Under the pieces are notes generated by a model that saw only the letters and a list, made by a program, of their open reading frames with translations, did no database searches and had not been told where the DNA came from. Made by a program: the position numbers and the translations under genes. From a virus: DNA of 64,000 nucleotides. Below are positions 1 through 8,705 of the stretch, piece by piece; within the stretch, counting starts at the first letter, position 1, and each line of letters starts with the position of its first letter. The stretch is taken from the IMG/VR virus record IMGVR_UViG_3300046168_000026, positions 32,001 to 96,000 of that record. One strand, 5' to 3'.

Positions 1-48
1 TTTTTTCTTCCTACCATTTGTCCACCATCTAAATTTGTTATATCCCAT
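1..48 (-). CDS. hypothetical protein, N-terminal part only (MGYNKFRWWTNGRKKK..., runs off window)
   Basis: ATG at 48-46 just after the AAA gene stop; frame open to window edge. Confidence 0.5.
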   Translation of the reverse strand, partial: MGYNKFRWWTNGRKKK

Positions 49-51
49 ATC

Positions 52-1314
52 TTAGTAAGGAGATTCTACTTCATCAGTATTAAACAAATCTTCATTCTCT
101 GGAACCTCACCCAAAAACTTTTGGATGAATTGTTTCATATAAACTCTTTCAGACTGAGCCCCACCACTTTGGTCAAACATTGGGTAGATAGTAATCTCAG
201 CAGCTTCACCTAATTCGAAACCATCGTAGAGTAGAGAACCAATCTCAACTGCCGTTCTCGTAGACAATGCGTTACTAAGTTTTGGATTTTCAGACATCAA
301 GTCACCTCTTGTCATTGAAGTAATCTCAGCAACATTAGACAAAATGTTTTCATCAACCGAAGGATACATCATTTGAAGAAGTTGAGTTTCCTCTTCGTGA
401 GTTAGAGTGTCCATTTCGATAACAGTAAATCTGTCTAACATCGCTCTGTCAAGAGCTCTTGTAGCGGTGTACTCATTACCGATGTTAGCCGATGCGATGA
501 ACGAAACACCATCAGCGACCTTGACAACAGGAGCGTTAGCCGCTTCATCTAATCTCAAGTATCTTTGACCTTGGTCAAGAACCGTCATTAGAATATTGTG
601 AGCCTCAGGGTGAGCTCTCGTCAACTCATCAAGGATGATAACAGTATTTGGTGTTTGAATCGCCTTAACAAAAGGTGAAGTGTTGAACACCGTACCTTGT
701 TTGGAATCGAACTGAGTGTTACCAATCAGAGTTGTTCTTGGGTCTTGAGTAGAACCAAGGTTGATGATGAAGGTGTTGTAACCTTCGAGTGAATTAGCCG
801 CTGCTTTAGCCGCCATAGTTTTACCACAACCGGCAGGGCCAGTCATCATAATGTTTTTACCTCTAAGAATGTTTCTTACTAAGTACTTCCACTTTAGGGA
901 CTGCATGAATAACATCTTAGGTTTTAGACCTTCTGACTTTTCGTGAATGAAACTAAGAACATCAGAAGTCATCGCTTCAGTAGCGACAGAGACAGGTTCA
1001 GGTTTAGAATACTCAAGAGCGACAAGACCGCCATTAGGAGCGGTGAAGTTACCAACTGGCTCAAGGTTTTCTTCTACCTTAGATGCCGGAACTCTTGTGA
1101 AGTCAATCTTACCATCAGTTAGTCTACCACTAACTCTAACTTTGAACCCATACTTGTCGGGTCTTTTGAAGGATTGTCTTACCCTTTTGTAAAGGTTAGT
1201 ACCTTCTTCATTGAACTCAGGAATCAAGAACTGCTTTCCTGCCGAATCTTCAAATAGAAACTTTCCATCTACTTGAACAATCTTTCCGAATACTGATTTT
1301 TGTGCTTTCATCAT
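52..1314 (-). CDS. MoxR/CbbQ/CobS-like AAA+ ATPase
   Basis: Walker A GPAGCGKT, Walker B IILDE, ASAN sensor, LDRAMLDRF arginine finger; adjacent to vWA gene. Confidence 0.9.
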   Translation of the reverse strand: MMKAQKSVFGKIVQVDGKFLFEDSAGKQFLIPEFNEEGTNLYKRVRQSFKRPDKYGFKVRVSGRLTDGKIDFTRVPASKVEENLEPVGNFTAPNGGLVALEYSKPEPVSVATEAMTSDVLSFIHEKSEGLKPKMLFMQSLKWKYLVRNILRGKNIMMTGPAGCGKTMAAKAAANSLEGYNTFIINLGSTQDPRTTLIGNTQFDSKQGTVFNTSPFVKAIQTPNTVIILDELTRAHPEAHNILMTVLDQGQRYLRLDEAANAPVVKVADGVSFIASANIGNEYTATRALDRAMLDRFTVIEMDTLTHEEETQLLQMMYPSVDENILSNVAEITSMTRGDLMSENPKLSNALSTRTAVEIGSLLYDGFELGEAAEITIYPMFDQSGGAQSERVYMKQFIQKFLGEVPENEDLFNTDEVESPY

Positions 1315-1354
1315 TTTTACTTTTTAATTATTAATTACTCTTATTACTTATTAC

Positions 1355-1419
1355 TCTACTAAAGTACGACATTAATTTGACAATTCCAAATTTCTAATGT
1401 TAAGAAATTGTTAAATTTT
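1355..1419 (-). promoter_or_regulatory. repeated extended promoter element, copy 1
   Basis: Minus strand AAAATTTAACAATTTCTTAACATTAGAAATTTGG-N19-TACTTTAG; Bacteroidota-type -33/-7 boxes. Confidence 0.75.
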
Positions 1420-3558
1420 CACCTCGAACTTTTTATTTAATGTTTTGGCTAACTGAGTCATGTTATCAACATTGATAAACTCTGAGTCCTTTCCGTACAT
1501 TTCCTCAAACTGAGTCTTACTACTTCCATAGTATCCATCAGAGATAAAGTAAGATAGGACACCGACACCTGCGTTTCTAACTTTCTTAACTTGGTCAGCC
1601 GTATGTTTTACTGCGTAGTCACCACCATAACTAATTTCTTTGTTGTCAAAGCCAGGCCATCCATCTGAGAAATTGATTAGGTAACTTTCTACGCCATTTT
1701 TTGTATTGGTCAACTCTTTTAGAATCGCTTCAAAACACAACCCTTCAGGAGTAGTTCCACTTGGTGAAATGTATTTAAACAAGTTTACAATTTTAGAAAA
1801 CTTATCTTTTCTTGAATCATATGCAATCATCATTAGAGGTTGACATCCACTTCCACTATTGTAGTAGATACCTCTATAAGAAATCACTACATTCATATTG
1901 TCGGTCATCGATGCCGCCTTTGCAATCGCTACGGCTGCCGTTTGAGTGTTGTACCACTTGTCACCACCCATAGAAGAACTTGCGTCAATCGAGATGTGTA
2001 CTAAACAAGGAGTCGCCGTATTGATATTGATTTGGTCAAAGATTTGGAAGTTACCGAAACCAATCTCGTGTAACATTCTACCATTTAACTTACCACTCTT
2101 CATTCTTGGAGTGTTGTCGATTCTCTCTTCGTTTCTTGTCTTAAGTTTCTTACCTAAGATAGTTCCAAGTGTAATACCTTTTCTAACTGCCGTATCGTTT
2201 GAATCAACTCTCCAACTTCCTAAGTGACCAATCATACCTGAGTCAATCAATGATTGATTTACATTTCTGATTACATAGGTCTGAACACCTTGAGATTGAT
2301 TTCTCCAATAACCTTGGTCAAGTCCTTTGCCTGTAACCTCAGTTTCGATATCAGCTTTATCAAGAACATCGATTTTCTTTTTGTCAGCCTTAGTGATTGT
2401 AGTTTTTTTGATATCACCATCTAAGAACTTCTTTTGTTTCTCGATAGCGTTATCTAACATTTTCTTTTGTTTATCATTCAAAGGTTGGTAGTCACCGCCA
2501 GCACCATTCTTGTTACCGAGGCCAGTTGGTTGAGGACTACCTTCTTCGGTAGAACCATCATCCTTACCATCATCACCCTTAGAGTCTTTACCTTTACCAC
2601 TTCCGTTACCTTCCATTGGTGAACCATCAGAAGTTGGATTGTCATCAGAAGACATCTCAGACTTACCATTAGTATCATTGTCATCACCACCCATTTCTTT
2701 TTCAGATGACTTAGATTCATACTCAGCGTCTTGTACATTTTCGTGGATAATCATATAAATCTGACCTGCCACTTCGAGTGCGTCATTTGATGTTCTTAGT
2801 CTTGAAATATTTTTAAGGTCAAGAAGATTCCAAATCTGTTTCAATCCTTTAAGAGCTTTGAGGTCTCTGTTAGAGTTAGTGATGTTAATCAATCTAAACA
2901 TATAAGAATCCCAAGTCTCGTCTCTATGTTCTGAAGACTTAAGACCTTTGTCCACTACATTAGAGTGGAAGTACTTGTTATACATTGACTCATAGTACCC
3001 TCTATAACCAGGCGCTGATTTGTAAATGTAATTGTCAATTCGTCTGTCCTCAACATAGTTAAGTAAATCTTTTAACTTACTTACAATGTCTCTTCTTTTT
3101 GACCACCATGCGGTAGAATACTCATCACCATCTTCAACCATTTGAATATATGATGATAAAGTTTTTACCCAAGGTAACATAGATTTTGGAAACCCTTGAA
3201 GACCATTGTTGTCCATCAGAGTTTTTAACATTTCGAAGTCAGTAAGTTTGATGTGAGAACCTTCGTGAAGTGCTAACCCAACCACAGGGTCGAATTCTTT
3301 GTCATTCATTTTAGCTGATATAACAACCTCTTTACCATCGGTGTAACTATCATCACCCCTACCATTAAAGGTAACGGGAATAGGTTGGCCTGTAACGATA
3401 CTAACGAAGTTACTGATTGACTTTTTGTATGCCATCAACTTCATTAAGTCATTAGACTTCTTCTCAATTTTGTTAGGTTCATTATCCGTATCCCATATTG
3501 ACTTGTCAAGCCAGAAGGAAGAATAATTCATGTGGTTTGTATTTCGCATAATTCTCAT
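1411..3558 (-). CDS. CobT-like vWA-domain protein with N-terminal HExxH metallopeptidase-like domain
   Basis: HEGSH and downstream VEDRRID; acidic/Gly low-complexity linker; MIDAS DASSS, T in GTTPE, D in FSDG. Confidence 0.85.
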   Translation of the reverse strand: MRIMRNTNHMNYSSFWLDKSIWDTDNEPNKIEKKSNDLMKLMAYKKSISNFVSIVTGQPIPVTFNGRGDDSYTDGKEVVISAKMNDKEFDPVVGLALHEGSHIKLTDFEMLKTLMDNNGLQGFPKSMLPWVKTLSSYIQMVEDGDEYSTAWWSKRRDIVSKLKDLLNYVEDRRIDNYIYKSAPGYRGYYESMYNKYFHSNVVDKGLKSSEHRDETWDSYMFRLINITNSNRDLKALKGLKQIWNLLDLKNISRLRTSNDALEVAGQIYMIIHENVQDAEYESKSSEKEMGGDDNDTNGKSEMSSDDNPTSDGSPMEGNGSGKGKDSKGDDGKDDGSTEEGSPQPTGLGNKNGAGGDYQPLNDKQKKMLDNAIEKQKKFLDGDIKKTTITKADKKKIDVLDKADIETEVTGKGLDQGYWRNQSQGVQTYVIRNVNQSLIDSGMIGHLGSWRVDSNDTAVRKGITLGTILGKKLKTRNEERIDNTPRMKSGKLNGRMLHEIGFGNFQIFDQININTATPCLVHISIDASSSMGGDKWYNTQTAAVAIAKAASMTDNMNVVISYRGIYYNSGSGCQPLMMIAYDSRKDKFSKIVNLFKYISPSGTTPEGLCFEAILKELTNTKNGVESYLINFSDGWPGFDNKEISYGGDYAVKHTADQVKKVRNAGVGVLSYFISDGYYGSSKTQFEEMYGKDSEFINVDNMTQLAKTLNKKFEVKI

Positions 3559-3570
3559 TTTTTAATCTTA

Positions 3571-3636
3571 CAATATAAAGATAAGACATTTTTGTCTAAT
3601 TGCCAAATTTCTAATGTTAAGAAATTGTTAAATTTT
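3571..3636 (-). promoter_or_regulatory. repeated extended promoter element, copy 2
   Basis: CAAAATTTAACAATTTCTTAACATTAGAAATTTGG-N19-TATCTTTA. Confidence 0.75.
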
Positions 3637-3768
3637 GCCTTTATGTTTTTCTTTACGAGTATAGTGTTTCTTGCTTTTATGAGGCATTGGAACCCTGAGT
3701 GAATCTCTCCACTCTTGAAAGGTAAGGGTTACCTTCTCTAATTTGATATTTTTATCTGATTTAGCCAT
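3628..3768 (-). CDS. 46-aa basic peptide, ArfA-like ribosome rescue factor candidate (not in ORF track)
   Basis: Manual translation MAKSDKNIKLEKVTLTFQEWRDSLRVPMPHKSKKHYTRKEKHKGKI; own promoter upstream. Confidence 0.6.
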   Translation of the reverse strand: MAKSDKNIKLEKVTLTFQEWRDSLRVPMPHKSKKHYTRKEKHKGKI

Positions 3769-3789
3769 AATGCCTTATCTCTTTCTTTA

Positions 3790-3856
3790 CTATGTAAAGA
3801 TAGTGAATTAAGTTGGTATTGCCAAACTTTAAATGTTAAAATTTTGTTAAAGTTTT
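3790..3856 (-). promoter_or_regulatory. repeated extended promoter element, copy 3
   Basis: CTTTAACAAAATTTTAACATTTAAAGTTTGG-N19-TATCTTTA. Confidence 0.7.
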
Positions 3857-3878
3857 CAACACTATATGTTAATAACTA

Positions 3879-4229
3879 TTATAGTTTACCTTCGTCTCGT
3901 AGATTTTGACGAATTTTTGTAGCAGATATATCGTGAATATCGCCTGGTGGGATGTGTTCTATTATCTCGTAACCAACACCCCGACCATAGTTTACAGATT
4001 CAATATCAGGTATTATTATTATTCTAACTCTACCATCATGTATAAGGTCTTGAAGTTCTATATGTAGATTCTCGTATACTTCTTGTGGTGTATATGGTTG
4101 GTTCTCATTCGGTTCAACATCACGAATAGCAACACAAACATTCTTACCTTCGTTTAATCGTTGGTCGATTAACCATCGGTGTCCTTTATGCCAAGGTTGC
4201 CATCTACCTATGAATAGTGAGTACTTCAT
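3879..4229 (-). CDS. HIGH-superfamily nucleotidyltransferase (cytidylyl/adenylyltransferase-like)
   Basis: GRWQPWHKGH motif and ISATKIR C-terminal motif. Confidence 0.8.
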   Translation of the reverse strand: MKYSLFIGRWQPWHKGHRWLIDQRLNEGKNVCVAIRDVEPNENQPYTPQEVYENLHIELQDLIHDGRVRIIIIPDIESVNYGRGVGYEIIEHIPPGDIHDISATKIRQNLRDEGKL

Positions 4230-4641
4230 TTAATGTTTGTATTGGTAGTTTATCATCGGTACATAACCATATATCATCTGTACCTATTTCCATTGCGTCT
4301 GTATGGTAGTGTTCTCGTCCTCTAACTTCTTGTGTAAATAAGTAAAACATTTTAGGGTTTAAATCTAATAGTTCATCTCGTACATCTTTGTATGGACCAA
4401 CAACTGATATGACTACATGAAAGTTTTTATGGTGAAGGAATCTGGCAATAGTAGTAACCTTTCTCATATTGTTCTTACGACCCTCTTCACTATAATCAGT
4501 ATTACTAAATACCTCTCTCATAAAATCACCATCGATATGTATTACAGGGTTACCAATGGTCTTATACTCGAAGTGTTCTTTTAAAAGTTTTGCTATTGTT
4601 GTCTTACCTGCGCCGGGCTGACCATAGAACCAATATATCAT
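4204..4641 (-). CDS. cysC: adenylyl-sulfate kinase (CysC)-like P-loop kinase
   Basis: WFYGQPGAGKTT, IDGDFMR, YSEEGRKNN, VVISVVGPY; start MIYWF via ATGA overlap. Confidence 0.75.
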   Translation of the reverse strand: MIYWFYGQPGAGKTTIAKLLKEHFEYKTIGNPVIHIDGDFMREVFSNTDYSEEGRKNNMRKVTTIARFLHHKNFHVVISVVGPYKDVRDELLDLNPKMFYLFTQEVRGREHYHTDAMEIGTDDIWLCTDDKLPIQTLNEVLTIHR

Positions 4642-5267
4642 TCGTACAACCAATTGTCAAGTTCTTCGACTTGAATTAAACCTAAGTCTTCTTCTCGATT
4701 TGCATCCATGATATTAAACTCATAAAATGGATTGTGTCTTTGTACGAGTGGTGTATCCATAAAGAAATTATTTTGAACAATACCAATACCCCAATCAGTA
4801 TCTACTACGCAAACCTTTAAATCTGTTCTACTTGTTCTTAACTCATAGATTGCTTTCCATACCGTACCATTCCATTCTCTATATTCACCATCCACCAAGT
4901 AGTCTTCTCTTGCCATAAAAGAATTTGGTGGATTACAATCGTGTAATAATATGTAACCATTTGGATTTAGATATCTAAGAGAATTGTGAATGTCTTTTTT
5001 TACCTGATAAGATTTGTGTAACCCATCTATGAATACAACATCGAATCTATCATTAGGTCTTCTATCATCCATGAATCTAAAAAACTCATCAGATGTCATC
5101 GTATGGTCAACAGGATTTTCTTCGAACTCAACGCCAGGGTCTACACCCTCTTTGTGTTCACATTGTACTTTGTCAAAACAATGAGTAGGGTCACATACAC
5201 CGATTTCAAGATACTTTTTAAAATCGTTCTCTTTTATTAGTTTGTTTATAATATCAAATCTATACAT
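4638..5267 (-). CDS. class I SAM-dependent methyltransferase (Methyltransf_24-like)
   Basis: YLEIGV, GVDP, FIDGLH, LLHDC; start reassigned to MYRFDII because the longer ORF runs through tRNAs. Confidence 0.8.
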   Translation of the reverse strand: MYRFDIINKLIKENDFKKYLEIGVCDPTHCFDKVQCEHKEGVDPGVEFEENPVDHTMTSDEFFRFMDDRRPNDRFDVVFIDGLHKSYQVKKDIHNSLRYLNPNGYILLHDCNPPNSFMAREDYLVDGEYREWNGTVWKAIYELRTSRTDLKVCVVDTDWGIGIVQNNFFMDTPLVQRHNPFYEFNIMDANREEDLGLIQVEELDNWLYE

Positions 5268-5281
5268 AATAAAATTTATTG

Positions 5282-5353
5282 TAGCCCCTAGGAGAATCGA
5301 ACTCCTCTTTCCAGGATGAAAACCTGGCGTCCTAACCGATAGACGAAGGGGCC
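5282..5353 (-). tRNA. tRNA-Glu(TTC)
   Basis: GGCCCCT/AGGGGCT acceptor, CCAGG-TTTTCAT-CCTGG anticodon arm, GTTCGATTC T-loop. Confidence 0.95.
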
Positions 5354-5363
5354 AGTATATTAG

Positions 5364-5435
5364 AGCGGAAAGGTGGAACTGCCCCACCATCTCCACATTG
5401 GTAATGTGGCGAGTTTCTTTTAACTCTTTTCCCGC
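5364..5435 (-). tRNA. non-canonical tRNA-Gly-like RNA, anticodon ACC
   Basis: GCGGGAA/TTTCCGC-T; D arm GAGT-TAAAAGAA-ACTC; CCACA-TTACCAA-TGTGG; T arm GGTGG-GGCAGTT-CCACC. Confidence 0.85.
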
Positions 5436-5439
5436 TTAG

Positions 5440-5511
5440 AGCGGAAGGTTGGAACTGCCCCAACTCCTTTGTACTGGATGTACAACGACTTTCTTTTAAG
5501 TCTTCTCCCGC
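5440..5511 (-). tRNA. non-canonical tRNA-Gly-like RNA, anticodon TCC (A at position 33)
   Basis: GCGGGAG/CTTCCGC-T; D arm GACT-TAAAAGAA-AGTC; TTGTA-CATCCAG-TACAA; T arm GTTGG-GGCAGTT-CCAAC. Confidence 0.85.
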
Positions 5512-5520
5512 GATTGTTTA

Positions 5521-5556
5521 CACAATATACAAAATAAAATTGACATGGCCAAATTT
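5521..5556 (-). promoter_or_regulatory. Bacteroidota-type promoter driving the tRNA-Gly-like pair
   Basis: TTTGG-N19-TATATTGT ending about 10 nt before the first RNA. Confidence 0.65.
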
Positions 5557-5560
5557 TTAG

Positions 5561-5634
5561 TGGAGAATATCGGAGTCGAACCGATGACCTCTTCGGTGCA
5601 AGCGAAGCGCTCTAGCCATCTGAGCTAATTCCCC
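5561..5634 (-). tRNA. tRNA-Ala(TGC)
   Basis: GGGGAAT/ATTCTCC acceptor with G3.U70, CTTCG-CTTGCAC-CGAAG, GTTCGACTC. Confidence 0.95.
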
Positions 5635-5643
5635 AATAAAGAT

Positions 5644-5913
5644 TTATCCTTTTAACAATTCCTTTTCATCCGATTCGGATACAGGAATGTCGTGACCATA
5701 TTCTTTACCAAAGTTTTTAGTAAGTACCGACAACTTGCCAGTTGCGGATTCTAACTTACCTAATAACTTATCGATTTCTTCTGTGTGTTGTGGATGTTCA
5801 CCTATCGCAACAGGTGATTCAAAGTAGATTGATAATGTCGCCCTTGCGTCCATTATTTCTGCAGTATACTTTGCCTCTAAGGCTTGGTATAATCTTCTTG
5901 ATAATTTACTCAT
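5644..5913 (-). CDS. conserved phage hypothetical protein (IGEHP motif)
   Basis: Clean ORF; motif resembles small proteins of marine T4-like phages. Confidence 0.65.
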   Translation of the reverse strand: MSKLSRRLYQALEAKYTAEIMDARATLSIYFESPVAIGEHPQHTEEIDKLLGKLESATGKLSVLTKNFGKEYGHDIPVSESDEKELLKG

Positions 5914-5961
5914 AACAAATTTGTTTTTAATAGTTAACTTTATATAAATATAATTTTATTT

Positions 5962-6261
5962 TTAATCAACGCTATATAGATTATATTTTAGCGTTATCTC
6001 TTCATCACTTGGGATTGGTCTAAGTGTAAACAACATTAGATTCCCATCGATATCTTGTCTTACTTCACAATTGGGAGTATCACTATGATTTATGAATCCA
6101 CCCAATGGTGTTCTGATATATCCGTTTTCAAACTTATCGTTAGGTATATGAGTGACTCCTATGAATCTTGCGTGTGGTAACGACTCGGTTGAATACAATC
6201 CTAACCCTTCAATTTCAGATTGTTTAATTGTAACTTCTTTTGGTAGTGGTCTATATGTCAT
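5962..6261 (-). CDS. SET-domain protein (putative lysine methyltransferase)
   Basis: GLGLY, FINHSDTPN, EEITLKY SET motifs. Confidence 0.85.
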   Translation of the reverse strand: MTYRPLPKEVTIKQSEIEGLGLYSTESLPHARFIGVTHIPNDKFENGYIRTPLGGFINHSDTPNCEVRQDIDGNLMLFTLRPIPSDEEITLKYNLYSVD

Positions 6262-7009
6262 GTGGTTGGGTTAATGAGTTATTATACATCTCTGTTCTGT
6301 ATTGTACACCGACACATTCATTCAATGCGAATGTAATCAAGTCTTTTTCAAAGATATAGTTGAGGTCTGTTCGTGGTGTTTCACAATATAATGCAGGTAG
6401 GAATTCGTCAATAACAAATATCATTTTTTTATACTTAGCTAAATGATTCTCTACTAACTTTTTAATTCCGTTCTTACTTAACAACAATGCGTGAGTTTGA
6501 TATGAGTAGCCAGGTTTACATATCATATCATCTATTGGAGTATCTTGAACACCTTCAAATCCTGTTTGAAGTAATCTACCTAAATAAAATAAATCATAGT
6601 TCATAGATTTTACTTTATCAAGTTGTGACCAATCCATAGGTTTTTCAAATACAAAGTCATCTTCATATACAAGTATATTATCGTATCCATTCTTATATGC
6701 ATCTTCCCATATAGCGATATGAGATAGTGTACATCCAATCTCACCCAATGTGACATCTCTTTGCCAGTAACGATTAGCATTATCTTTTACATAGACATCA
6801 CTTGTATTTAAGTTCCAATCTTTATATGCTTCAATCCCCATCAATTGCATATGATGAGTTGTCAACTTCCTACCATCAATACCAAGTACTTCAAATGGAA
6901 CTTCATGTGGTAGTCCAACCTTGTCTATCTCTTTTAGAATAGATGCGATGTGTTCATCACTCCAATCTAAACTAACAATGTATATTTTATCTATCGCCTT
7001 TTCGGTCAT
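6251..7009 (-). CDS. glycosyltransferase family 25
   Basis: IDG, GEIGCTLSH, LVYEDD motifs. Confidence 0.85.
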   Translation of the reverse strand: MTEKAIDKIYIVSLDWSDEHIASILKEIDKVGLPHEVPFEVLGIDGRKLTTHHMQLMGIEAYKDWNLNTSDVYVKDNANRYWQRDVTLGEIGCTLSHIAIWEDAYKNGYDNILVYEDDFVFEKPMDWSQLDKVKSMNYDLFYLGRLLQTGFEGVQDTPIDDMICKPGYSYQTHALLLSKNGIKKLVENHLAKYKKMIFVIDEFLPALYCETPRTDLNYIFEKDLITFALNECVGVQYRTEMYNNSLTQPHDI

Positions 7010-7112
7010 GTAACTCCTGTTGTAGTTTCTGAATTTGTAGTTTGTCCTTTTGAGTTTGGGGTCTTTTCATTTTCAACTCAAGAATCTTCGCAATGATTTC
7101 TTTATCACTCAT

Positions 7113-7463
7113 TTAGTTTTTCTTTTTTAATTGTGTTAGTATATCAGTTACAAACTCACCTGCGTAAACCTTAGAACCAACACTCCACTTAGTGTTAAAT
7201 GTTTCAGCCACAGTCAACGCATCCCCACTTCTATATTGTTTGTCGGTTTTAAAATCATAGATGGTAAAACATGCGCCGTCCATTTCTCTTTTAAAGACCC
7301 ATTGTTTTTGAACCTTACCATCAGCACTTGGTTCATTGAATGTCGGTTCACCGAATGCTTGAATTAATTGTTTATAAGACCATCCAATAAGATAATCCTT
7401 TTTACTCGTCCCATCACATAAGGTGGACGCTAGTTGTTTGTCTCGAATTAAATTGTATTTCAT
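7113..7463 (-). CDS. hypothetical protein
   Basis: ORF in gene-dense run; FGEP...DGKV..QW...FTIYDFK pattern. Confidence 0.65.
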   Translation of the reverse strand: MKYNLIRDKQLASTLCDGTSKKDYLIGWSYKQLIQAFGEPTFNEPSADGKVQKQWVFKREMDGACFTIYDFKTDKQYRSGDALTVAETFNTKWSVGSKVYAGEFVTDILTQLKKKN

Positions 7464-7540
7464 AGTGTGTTTTTTTTAATTTTTTCGTGTGAAAAGGAAA
7501 CTTCGTTTCCACCTTGCACCTTTGCACCTTGGCGGCTTAG

Positions 7541-7771
7541 TCACTTTTTCATATTGTCGAACCACGATTTCCAAAAGTTGTACCAAAATATCCATGCCGT
7601 TATCGGCCATAGAAGGAACGACCAAACCCTTTGTTCGTTTGAGGGGTTGTAAGGTTGACTCAATGCTCCCTTTCTATCTGCCCAATCCAATATAAGATTT
7701 ATTATGATTGTACTGATACATCCTACTATGATATACATAGATATATAATCAAATGTTGTTAATGTGTTCAT
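7541..7771 (-). CDS. small membrane protein
   Basis: Two hydrophobic segments, LLWP motif. Confidence 0.6.
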   Translation of the reverse strand: MNTLTTFDYISMYIIVGCISTIIINLILDWADRKGALSQPYNPSNEQRVWSFLLWPITAWIFWYNFWKSWFDNMKK

Positions 7772-8029
7772 ATTATTAATTTAGTTATCTATAATTATCT
7801 GAATCGGATATAGTTGTACATAGGTTCTTTTGGATTACTCGTAGGTACGATACCTTGTCTATACGCTGGAGTATTAGTATCATATCTTTGAATTCACCAA
7901 AATTTATACCATGGTTTCGGTCTCAACTCAATCTCATCTATCAACCACTTCAATCTCTCACCTGCCATCATTGAACAATCCGATTCACATAACTCTGCGA
8001 TTTGTTTCAATTGTTTTACTATCTTACTA

Positions 8030-8536
8030 TTATCCATGTGATGATGAGTATGCCGAGTTCGTTGCTTTCTCTAACAACCAACTTGATGATTGAACTTTAT
8101 CTCCAAGATTCCATACCATATCTACTCCCATAGAATTACAATAGTCCTCTTCTGGTACATTACCTTGTCCTCTATCACCACCATTTCCAAATGCCATAGG
8201 TAGTTTATCACCAATGAATCTATCATTAGTTCTATCTTTATAATCTCTACGGAAGATATTCACCGCAGAATAAATTCCATCACACACAGATTTATCACCT
8301 GCACTTCTTGGATTACATATAATAGTTTTAGTTACTCCCTTTATACGAGACATAATATATTCTCGTTCTTTCTCATCCATAAAAGGTTTCCCTTTCTTTT
8401 GAGTTAACCAATGGTCGTTATTTAGAATCACCCAAACTTCATCTGCCATCTCATGAGCTCTCTCAATCATTTCGAGATGTCCTTTATGTACGGGGTCAAA
8501 ACCACCACTAACTAACATTACTTTAAACTTCTTCAT
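8030..8536 (-). CDS. cytidylyltransferase-like protein (TagD/RfaE type)
   Basis: SGGFDPVHKGH, GNGGDR, KVQSSS. Confidence 0.85.
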   Translation of the reverse strand: MKKFKVMLVSGGFDPVHKGHLEMIERAHEMADEVWVILNNDHWLTQKKGKPFMDEKEREYIMSRIKGVTKTIICNPRSAGDKSVCDGIYSAVNIFRRDYKDRTNDRFIGDKLPMAFGNGGDRGQGNVPEEDYCNSMGVDMVWNLGDKVQSSSWLLEKATNSAYSSSHG

Positions 8537-8705
8537 CTAATGCCTGTTTAATTTGTGTTAATGCTATTTGATATGAGTCAACCTTACCTAAGTCTTTATC
8601 TTCTTCTTGTAACTTACTGGCTAACTGCATTACTTCTAATCGTATACCACATGCGTGTGCTTCGAATAGTATCTCTTCTATATGTTCTTCGTTATTCCAA
8701 CTCAT
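8523..8705 (-). CDS. hypothetical protein
   Basis: ORF overlapping next start. Confidence 0.55.
   Translation of the reverse strand: MSWNNEEHIEEILFEAHACGIRLEVMQLASKLQEEDKDLGKVDSYQIALTQIKQALDEEV

Noticed and set aside
5268-5396. N-terminal 43 aa extension of the methyltransferase ORF
   Set aside because: It runs through tRNA-Glu and a tRNA-Gly-like gene; the real start is MYRFDII at 5267.
5364-5511. tRNA pseudogenes
   Set aside because: All stems are intact with multiple compensatory changes and identical unusual loops, which implies selection.
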